A model generated the notes under the pieces. That model was not told the DNA's origin. It did not search any database and saw only the letters and a program-made list of their open reading frames with translations. Positions 8,360 to 16,600 of a DNA stretch of 32,596 nucleotides are shown here, in pieces. Origin of the DNA: an uncultured archaeon. Its GTDB lineage: Archaea; Asgardarchaeota; Lokiarchaeia; Sigyniarchaeales; SOKP01. Within the stretch, counting starts at the first letter, position 1; each line of letters opens with the position of its first letter. The stretch lies in contig CAZIEC010000003.1 of NCBI GenBank assembly GCA_964538145.1, positions 21,368-53,963 of the forward strand. Reading direction: 5' to 3'. Position numbers and translations under genes: made by a program.

Positions 8360-9616
8360 ATGAGTGATAAAAAATCAATTTTGGTCTTGGGTTTTAACAC
8401 GCGTCCATTAGCATTTTCATTAAAGCAATCAGGATTTGATGTTTACGTGGTTGATTTTTTTGGAGATATTGACTTATTTCCTTACGTGAAGGATTCAATC
8501 ATCATTACAGAAAGATTAAATTCCAATTATGAAGCTCTTAAAGAGGATTTTGACATTTATCTCATTAACTTCGGTTTAGAAATGCTTAAAAAATACCCTA
8601 ATATAGATTATTTCCTTATTGGGAGTGGATTAGACGATGCAATCAATGAAAGAAGAGTTTTTGAAGAAAAAATTAATGAATTAGGTCTTAAAATAAAAAA
8701 TACAAACAATGATCTAAAAATAATTGAAAAGGCAAGAGACATAAATCTTATCCATAAAATCTTAAAAGAGAATGATTTTCCAGTACCATTAACATGCAAC
8801 TTAGAAAACGTGGATGATTTATCCTTTGATTTTACCTTTCCAATCATTCTAAAAAAGAAACATAGTTCTGGAGGCATTAGTATTAAGAAAATAAAAAATA
8901 GGACCGAATTAAAGGAAGAAAAATGGAAAATGATTAAGAATAAGATAAATTTAAGTGATTGGTTAGTCCAAGAATATATCGAGGGAATTCCTGTTAGTTG
9001 TACTTTCATTTCAAATGGTATCAAATCAGAAATAATTTCGATTAATCAACAATTAATTGGAGAAAAAGTTTCAAACCCTCCTTCTAACTTTTTTTACTGT
9101 GGAAATGTAGTACCTGCAAAAATTTCAAAAAAAGATAAAGATTTAATTACCAAAATATCATTAAGATTAGCTTCTGAATTAGGATTGAAAGGTATAAACG
9201 GGATAGACTATGTTTTAAGAGATCATGATCCTTTTTTTATGGAAATTAATCCTCGAATTCCAGGATCAATAAGAGCATCTGAGTGTAGCTTGAATATAAA
9301 TTTATTAGATCTACACGTAAAAAGTTTTGAAACTTTTAAATGGAAAAACATAGTTAATCATCTAAAATCAATTTCTAAAATTGAATATGCAACTAAATTA
9401 ATCATGTATGCTTCCAAAGACTTAAATGAGCTCCACTTAGAACAAATTAATAATTTAAAAAATGTACACGACAAAACACTTCCGCAAAAAGGAGCTAAAA
9501 AGGGGGATCCTGTTTGTACTATTTTAAACGTGGATGATGATCATGATAGTTCATATAAGGGAGCTTTAAAAATAGCAAATAAAATCAATTTGATAATGAA
9601 TGAGTCCTCATACTAA
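8360..9616 (+). CDS. ATP-grasp superfamily ligase (predicted carboligase/peptide ligase, COG2232-like)
   Basis: Rossmann-like pre-ATP-grasp N-terminus (ILVLGFNTRPLAFSLKQSGFDVYVVDFFGD). ATP-binding Lys plus Gly loop (PIILKKKHSSGGISI). WLVQEYIEG, and the catalytic FFMEINPRIPGS motif. Confidence 0.8.
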   Translation: MSDKKSILVLGFNTRPLAFSLKQSGFDVYVVDFFGDIDLFPYVKDSIIITERLNSNYEALKEDFDIYLINFGLEMLKKYPNIDYFLIGSGLDDAINERRVFEEKINELGLKIKNTNNDLKIIEKARDINLIHKILKENDFPVPLTCNLENVDDLSFDFTFPIILKKKHSSGGISIKKIKNRTELKEEKWKMIKNKINLSDWLVQEYIEGIPVSCTFISNGIKSEIISINQQLIGEKVSNPPSNFFYCGNVVPAKISKKDKDLITKISLRLASELGLKGINGIDYVLRDHDPFFMEINPRIPGSIRASECSLNINLLDLHVKSFETFKWKNIVNHLKSISKIEYATKLIMYASKDLNELHLEQINNLKNVHDKTLPQKGAKKGDPVCTILNVDDDHDSSYKGALKIANKINLIMNESSY

Positions 9617-10342
9617 AATTGATTTTATTTTCGCTACATAACTACCTAATTTTCTCTCATCTGCCTCTGGAACTGCTATTGCCAAAATTCTGTTATTATC
9701 TAGTTTATGTATTATAATTGAACCGTTTTCCCCTCCAATAATTGAATATTCAAGTTCTTCATCTAGTAAAACGGCAGCTAAGTTGTAGATAGCAGATATC
9801 ATTGCCGACAATATTGGTTCTGGCATGGTTGCTTGTACTTTAATAGGCAAACCTTCTTTAGTGATAATGGCTATTACTAAAGCGTTTGGAATTGCCCTTT
9901 TTAATGCAACAAAAATCTCTTCCTTAATTAAATCAGAGGTTTCTACGATTGCTGATAATTGAATAGCTAGATTTTTTAATGAATTGATGTAAGAATCTAA
10001 ACCTTCAAGTTCCGCAAGTTCTCTATTAAGATAAGCGATTAAAGTTATATTTTCTGTAAGAATGGAAAGAATTAGGTTGTTCTTACCAGTTACTAAATTA
10101 TAAGAAATTTGTTGATTTAATGAATCTAAGAGAATTTTAGAAGATAAAAATATTAAGCTGCTACTGGCTGCTGATATTTCAGTTTTTGTTAATTTAATAT
10201 TTCCTTTAAAAATACTTGCTAAATGGGTGCCTCCATGTGTCGATACAGTAATCCCTAAAATTCCTGAATTGGTCTCTAACTTTTTAGATATAAGATTCTT
10301 GAGATCATCTTCTAATCGAGTAATATTCTTTTCTGGCACCAT
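9608..10342 (-). CDS. Tandem Roadblock/LC7 (MglB-like) domain protein
   Basis: 244 aa forming two ~115-aa halves. Each has the Roadblock-like pattern helix, then GILGITVSTHGGTHLAS / ALVIAIITKEGLPIKVQ strands, helix, three strands and helix. Assignment is by pattern only. The 3' end overlaps the ATP-grasp gene convergently by 9 nt. Confidence 0.65.
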   Translation of the reverse strand: MVPEKNITRLEDDLKNLISKKLETNSGILGITVSTHGGTHLASIFKGNIKLTKTEISAASSSLIFLSSKILLDSLNQQISYNLVTGKNNLILSILTENITLIAYLNRELAELEGLDSYINSLKNLAIQLSAIVETSDLIKEEIFVALKRAIPNALVIAIITKEGLPIKVQATMPEPILSAMISAIYNLAAVLLDEELEYSIIGGENGSIIIHKLDNNRILAIAVPEADERKLGSYVAKIKSILV

Positions 10343-10618
10343 GAAAATAATATAGTCTTTATTGATTTTAAAATTAATGTCCTAAGCAAGAAATATGATA
10401 AATGAGTTTTGGTCCTTAGTTTATCGGTTATAACATTTTTATAAAATTAGATGATAGTATTTCTTGGTATTTAGAGATTAAACATTAAACTATATCTATA
10501 TTAATCATGTATAAAAGGACATGAAGTAAAAAAAAGAATTATAAACATGTAGTACTATATTTATTCATAAATCTCTTATATATAAGATACTTTATCGAAT
10601 GCTATTAAGGAAATCAAA

Positions 10619-11596
10619 ATGAGTCAAGATAATAATCCCGAAGCATCATTAAGAGCAAAATTGGAAATGAGAGAAAAGCAACTCATTGATTTTCAAGAAG
10701 AACTTAAGGAAAAAAATGATTATATTGAATTATTAAAAAAGTCTTTAGAGAAATTTGAAGATAAAGTGAAACAGATAAAGTTTTTTGACGAGCAATTGAA
10801 AGTAAAGGATGACCTCATAAATAATCTTCAAAATTCTTTAAAATTAAAGGATGATCAAATTAATACACTAAAAGATTCTCTAAAATTAAAAGATGAGCAA
10901 ATTGAAACGCTTGAAAATTCTCTTTCAATAAAAGAAGAAAAAATAGAAACTCTTGAAAAAACAATAAAACTCAAGGAGGAAAAAATTAAGCAACTTGAAG
11001 AATCGACCATAGACAAGGATTTATTTGAAGAAAAAGATGAAGAAATTAAAAAATTAAAGGAAAAATTAGAAATATTAAAAGAAGAATTAGAAAAAGCAGA
11101 TGAAGATTTAGAAGCATTGGAAAAAGAAAATGAAGTTCTAAGAAATCAACTAGCCGCAGCATCGGGAGCAAAAATTATTGATTGGACGAATGTGGAAATA
11201 CCTAAATCGTTAATTCTTGAAAAAATGCGTGAAATCCTTAACGAAGCCGTACACAATGTCACGATTGCCGTTCCGGATATAAAAGATTTACAAGAATTAC
11301 ACTTATATGACTTGAGATCTTCTGTAAGCATGAAAGTTTCTTGCTCTCTAAATCCTGGTTTAGAAGAAGATGCAGAATTATTAGAGGAATTGGAGAGTTT
11401 GGATAATATCTCCATTAGATTGTATGAAGGACAAGATAGGTACTTGATTGAGAGAGATGGAGAGGAATTAATGTTCGCAATAATTGGTAATGAAGAAAAT
11501 AACCATTTAGTATTACATACTCGGGATCCCAAGCATTTAAAACTACTAAGATCTTTAGTCATGGAAAGCTGGCTCAGATCTAGGAAAATTGAATGA
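10619..11596 (+). CDS. Coiled-coil protein with five 14-residue tandem repeats and a C-terminal ~140-aa globular domain
   Basis: Residues 1-180 are almost pure K/E/L heptads. The C-terminal part (IIDWTNVEIP...ISIRLYEGQDRYLIERDGEELMFAI...LVMESWLRSRKIE) has mixed alpha/beta character and no recognised family. Confidence 0.75.
   Translation: MSQDNNPEASLRAKLEMREKQLIDFQEELKEKNDYIELLKKSLEKFEDKVKQIKFFDEQLKVKDDLINNLQNSLKLKDDQINTLKDSLKLKDEQIETLENSLSIKEEKIETLEKTIKLKEEKIKQLEESTIDKDLFEEKDEEIKKLKEKLEILKEELEKADEDLEALEKENEVLRNQLAAASGAKIIDWTNVEIPKSLILEKMREILNEAVHNVTIAVPDIKDLQELHLYDLRSSVSMKVSCSLNPGLEEDAELLEELESLDNISIRLYEGQDRYLIERDGEELMFAIIGNEENNHLVLHTRDPKHLKLLRSLVMESWLRSRKIE
10796..11005 (+). repeat. 5 x 42-nt in-frame tandem repeat (14-aa units LK[LV]KD[DE]QI.TL..S)
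   Basis: Units read LKVKDDLINNLQNS / LKLKDDQINTLKDS / LKLKDEQIETLENS / LSIKEEKIETLEKT / IKLKEEKIKQLEES. Unit starts at 10796 and 10964 were verified to be 4 x 42 nt apart. Confidence 0.8.
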
Positions 11597-11718
11597 GTAA
11601 TTCTTCGTCTCAATATTTTATTATAAATAATTTCATCATGAAATCATGAAAAAATTGTTTTTAACCATTAATATTCTTGCCTAATATTTAATGAAGGATG
11701 TTTTTAATTTTACAATAA

Positions 11719-12567
11719 TTATATTTGAATAAAGCTCATTTTCCTTTTTTCAAGATTGGCAAGTTTATTAAAGCCTAATTCTTTTAAAATCAATACCATT
11801 TCTTTAAATTTATAGCCAATTTCTCTTGGATTATGGGCATCTGACCCTAATAATGTCGGAATTTCCTTACTTTTCATTATTTTAAGAATTTCCGTGCTGG
11901 GATATTGTTCTTTTACTGGTTTTCTTAATCCACTAGAATTTAATTCAATTATAATCTGTTTTTCTTTAACAATTTCTAAAATTTCATCAATTAATTTTGA
12001 AATTTTTCTCCTATTAATGGGTTTCTTATTAAATTTTTTAGGTAAATCAAAATGGCCTATGATATCAAATTTAAACATTTTAGATTCAACCATGCTTTTA
12101 AGAGTTTCATAATATAGCTCAAAAATCTCATCAATTTTATCAAATCTCGAATATAGGAAGAGAAAATTCTCATCATCAAAGGGAAACAATCCAAATTCCG
12201 TTTCCAAGTTATGAATTGAACCAATAATATAATCTAATTTTTTAACATGGTCTTTTATGTATTTTTTGTAAGAATTTTCTTGACTTTTGATATAATCAAT
12301 TTCAAAACCTATTCTTATGGCAATTTGATTCTCATATTTTTTCTTTAATCTTTCAGCTTCTCTAATATAACCATATAAATCTTCCAATTTCATGGCATAA
12401 GCTTCATATGGAATATTTTCAATACCTTTCAAGAATTCATAGGGAAAATGAGCACTAAATCCGATTAAATTCAAATTTTTATTAATTGCAGATTTTACAT
12501 AATCTTCAAGATTGCCTATTGCGTGCCTGCATAGTGAGCTATGAGTATGCCAGTCTTGAAAAATCAT
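11719..12567 (-). CDS. PHP-domain phosphoesterase, histidinol-phosphatase (HisJ/HisK) family-like
   Basis: N-terminal DWHTHSSLCRHA (the PHP HxH motif). Further metal-ligand-like sites: FSAHFPY, IGSIHNL, IIGHFDL, LGSDAHNP. Confidence 0.8.
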   Translation of the reverse strand: MIFQDWHTHSSLCRHAIGNLEDYVKSAINKNLNLIGFSAHFPYEFLKGIENIPYEAYAMKLEDLYGYIREAERLKKKYENQIAIRIGFEIDYIKSQENSYKKYIKDHVKKLDYIIGSIHNLETEFGLFPFDDENFLFLYSRFDKIDEIFELYYETLKSMVESKMFKFDIIGHFDLPKKFNKKPINRRKISKLIDEILEIVKEKQIIIELNSSGLRKPVKEQYPSTEILKIMKSKEIPTLLGSDAHNPREIGYKFKEMVLILKELGFNKLANLEKRKMSFIQI

Positions 12568-12654
12568 CGTTTAGATTTTTAAATCAAATCATTTTTCTTT
12601 TGTTTTAGATTATTAAATATTAGAAAAATAGGTAATTCTTATACATTATTAAAG

Positions 12655-13479
12655 GTGAAAACGATAGAGTTTCAAGAAAAACAATTTGATGGTCCCTATG
12701 AAGTATCAGAAGTACAAATAAAAATAGATGATCAAATATTGCGTGGTATTTTATATTTTCCTCCTGAAAGGTTCGCTAGACCTTATCCATTGATAATTTA
12801 CTTTCATGGATTTCCTCAATTATTCACTTTAGAAGAGCTAATAAAGAATCATGATTACTTATTAAATGAGGGTTATTCTCTTTTAGTTTTTAATTTTAGG
12901 GGATATCGAATAAGTGAAGGAAAAGTTTCTATAGAATCGCAAGTAAAAGATGCAACTCAGGTATTAAAATTTGTTAAGTTAATGGCAAAAAAGAAAATTT
13001 TTGAAATTGAAAACATAAATATTCTTGCCCATGATTTTGGAGCATTTATTGCATTAATAGCCTGTTCTAAAGAGTCTTTTATAAGTAAATTATTGTTATT
13101 GAGTCCCATAATTGATGTATCTAAACGTGTAAATGATCCAAGATTAGTTGAAACTCTACAATATATCAATAAATTTCTCCCTGGAAATGTAAGTGGAATC
13201 GAAAATGTGGAAGAATTCATAAAAAAAACTAAAGAAGAATTAAAAAAAGATGATTTTAACTTAAATGATATCTTAGGGAAGGTTAAATGTAATCACGTGA
13301 AAATTATATGGGGAGAAAAAGATAAATTAACGAGCTTTGAAGAAATCGAATTTGTTTTAAAAAATATTAATGCAAACAAAAGCTTAACTAAAATTAAATC
13401 AATGGACCATTATTTAATTGATGATGCTGAAATTAATGAGGTAAAAGTGGAAATTATAAAGTTTTTCAAGTTATCCTAA
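12655..13479 (+). CDS. Alpha/beta-fold hydrolase with an apparent Asp nucleophile
   Basis: GTG start. Oxyanion-region YFHGFP. The nucleophile elbow reads ILAHDFGAF (sm-x-D-x-G instead of GxSxG). Later WGEKDKLT (acid) and SMDHYLID (His) occur in canonical order. Confidence 0.7.
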   Translation: MKTIEFQEKQFDGPYEVSEVQIKIDDQILRGILYFPPERFARPYPLIIYFHGFPQLFTLEELIKNHDYLLNEGYSLLVFNFRGYRISEGKVSIESQVKDATQVLKFVKLMAKKKIFEIENINILAHDFGAFIALIACSKESFISKLLLLSPIIDVSKRVNDPRLVETLQYINKFLPGNVSGIENVEEFIKKTKEELKKDDFNLNDILGKVKCNHVKIIWGEKDKLTSFEEIEFVLKNINANKSLTKIKSMDHYLIDDAEINEVKVEIIKFFKLS

Positions 13480-13654
13480 AGAAAATGATTTCCATATTGA
13501 TATCTCTAAATTTTATTTTAAAATTGATCATATAAATTTGCAAATTTTATTATTAAGTAGAACACGGATCAATTGAATTATAACCAAAAATTATTTAAGA
13601 ACGAAAATAAATCATCTTCTTACTACAAACTAAAAACATTTAAGTGCGAAACTA

Positions 13655-16600
13655 ATGCAGAATTTGGAAACTAAATCTATAAATAACCATTTAAATTTCT
13701 TAGAAACTCCAGAAAGCCTTGTATTCTTGATTGGTGCGGGATGTTCTTCAATTGAACCATCTAATGCACCAATTGGGAGAAAAATAATAGAAACGCTTAT
13801 AAAGTTCTTTTTAAATAAATCTGAAGTAAAAAAAATATTATCAATTGAGAATATTAAATTAGAAAAAACTTTAAGTGTTCTACAAGAAGTATTTGATGAG
13901 AATTTGAAAATAATTGAATACTTTAATGAGTTTACTAACCCTAATTTAGTGCATTTTTTCATTGCAAGAATGTTAAAAGAAGGAAGCTTGGTAATGACAA
14001 CTAATTTTGATCCTCTAATAGAACTTGCTTTATTAAGAGATGGAGTACCAAAAAAGAAAATCATTCCACTAATAACTAAAAGAGATTTTGATAAAGTAAA
14101 AAATGTAGAAAATTATATTAAAACCAAGCGTTATCTAATTGGAAAGATTCACGGTTCGCCTAAAAATTTCATAACAGGAGCCAATACTAAGAAAGAATTA
14201 GTTAAAACCATAAAGGTTTTGGGAAATGCTGAAAAAAATAAGGGTCTTTTTCAATTAGAACCATTTAAAGCCCGATTTTTAGATTCAGCCACAAAAGAAC
14301 GCTCCCTTATTGTAATGGGTTATTCTGGACGAAATGATGATGATATTATTCCTACAATAAAAGCTCTCTCAGGATTAAAAGAAATTTTTTGGATCAATCA
14401 TGTCGAAGAAAAAAAGGAAATAGAAGAAGTTATAGAGATACGTAAAAAGAATTTATCTCAAGCTAATAAACTGGATGATATAGACAATATTTTATTAGAA
14501 ATAAAAGAATTTAATGAAAAATTAAAGATTTTCAGAGTAAATATCAATATTTTAGAATTGATAAAGAAACATGTAGATAAAGAAATTGAAATCAAACCTG
14601 ATGAAAATTTTATTGACTATGAAACATGGTTAACAGAAAATTTTAATGATAAAATTGATGAAAAAGAGCAATTACAAGCCGCAGGAATGATTTACTCTAA
14701 ATTTGGACAACATTATGACGCGATCAGGTGTTTTGATGAATTATTTAATGTGGCATCTGAGGAAAAAGATTCAAAATGGCAAGTCATAGCAGCATTAAAT
14801 AAAGGTTTAATATACGCAAAAGCATCTGATTTTGATAATACGAGAGAATGGTTAAGAAGATCTCTTGAGTTGCAATTTAAGTCTAAGCTTTTAAGCGAGA
14901 GAGCAGTTATATTTAAAGAATTAGGGTTATTATATGAGAATAAAGGAGATTTAGACAAGGCTCTTTTATATTTAAGGGAAGCTACTAAAATAGCCGAAAA
15001 ATTAAATGATCCATCAATAAAGGCTGAGATGTTAAATCAATTAGGATTAATCTATTTAAAAAAGAATGAATACCAGAGAGCCTTGAATATTTTCAACCTT
15101 TCCTTTAAAATTAATGATAAACTTAAGAACTTACAAGAAAAAGCAAATAATTTGGCTAATATGGGAAAGGTTTTTAGTGAAAAGGGCAATTTTCAAAAAG
15201 CTTTAGAATTTTTTAAAGAAGCATTAGCAATTAATGAGAAAATTAAAAATAAACAAGAAGTAGCTCGACTGAAAAATGAAATTGGATTTGTAGAACATCT
15301 TTTAGGTAATTCATTAACAGCATTAGAAGAATGTAAAAGCTCTTTATCAATATGTGAAAGTATTAATGATACAATGGGAAAAATGAAAGCATTGTATAAT
15401 ATTGGAAGAATTTACATGGATCAATGGAATTATTTAAGAGCTCATGAATTTTTTGAAGAAGCTTTTCAATTAGCTGAAGAAAGTGAAGATAAAAAGATGC
15501 AAGCCGTATTAACAACTCAAATTGGATTAATTTATAAATTACAAGATAAATATTTGGATGCTCTTGAGTGGCTTACTAGAGCTAATAATTTTTATAAAGA
15601 ATTAGGGGATTTAGATAGCAGGATTGAGGTATTGAAGAACACTTGCTTAATTTATAAGCAGCAAAAGGATTATGATAAAGCATTAAATTGTTTTCAAAAA
15701 ATCTTATCACTTTTAGAGGAGTCTAAAAATAAAAATGCAATCATTCAGTATTTAAACATCATTGGTCAAATTTATTTAGAACAGAGAATGTTCAATAAAT
15801 CTCTTGAATATTTTCAAAAAGCTCTTGAAATTTCAGATGATATTGCTGATTTAAAGGGTATGCTTGAATCAATAATAAATATTGGTCTATATTATCAAGA
15901 GCAAGTAAATTATTCTGAAGCTCTAAATCGATATAAAGATGCCTTGGAAATAGCAAATAGATTAAAGTTAAATAATAAAAAAGCAAAAGTATTGAATAAA
16001 ATGGGTTCAATATTTCAAGATCAAGGAGAATATAACAAGGCACTCAAAAATTTCGAAGAAGCTCTCTCATTATTTACTCAAGAAAATGACTTTAAAGGGA
16101 GAATCGAAAGTCTTTATCTTATAGGGTTGAATTATTATTATGAAAGTAAATATGACTCTGCAATTAAAAATCTACAAACAGCGATTCAAATTGCCGATCA
16201 AATTGGAGATTTGCGCGAAAAAGCAACTTGTTTAAATATTCTTGGAGAAATATTTAAAAATCAATGGAACTTTCTTGAATCCCTAAAATATTACGAAGAA
16301 AGCTTATTAATTGCTGAAGAGTTAAATGATCCTCAAAAACAATTGAGCATTTTAAAAGTAATTGGAGAAATTTACAAATTGCAGAAACATTATCCAGAAG
16401 CTTTAAGAAATTTTGGTAAAGCTTTAGAAATTGCAGAAAGAGAAGGCGATTTAATGAAAAAGTCAGATATTCTGAATTCAATTGGGCTCATATATTTTGA
16501 CGAAGAAGATTTGGCAAAAGCACTTTCTTTATTTCAAGAAGCTCTTGAGATTGATGAAAAACTTGGGGATTTAAAAGGAAAAGCCGAAAGGCTCATCAAT

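Noticed and set aside
8608-9024. 138-aa minus-strand ORF inside the ATP-grasp gene
   Set aside because: Antisense shadow with a Phe/Ile/Leu/Ser-rich composition. The sense frame contains the ATP-grasp motifs.
11146-11613. 155-aa minus-strand ORF opposite the C-terminal domain of the coiled-coil protein
   Set aside because: It has no start context and a Ser-rich low-complexity composition. The sense ORF is continuous with the repeat-bearing N-terminus.
11630-11644. 15-nt palindrome atttcatcatgaaat between the convergent coiled-coil and PHP genes (possible terminator hairpin)
   Set aside because: The stem is only 7 A/T-rich base pairs with a 1-nt loop, so it is thermodynamically negligible and expected by chance.
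13534-13547. Perfect 14-bp palindrome aaatttgcaaattt about 110 nt upstream of the SIR2-TPR start
   Set aside because: A rough estimate for ~70% A+T DNA gives several 7+7 palindromes by chance in 32 kb. There is no second copy or other support.
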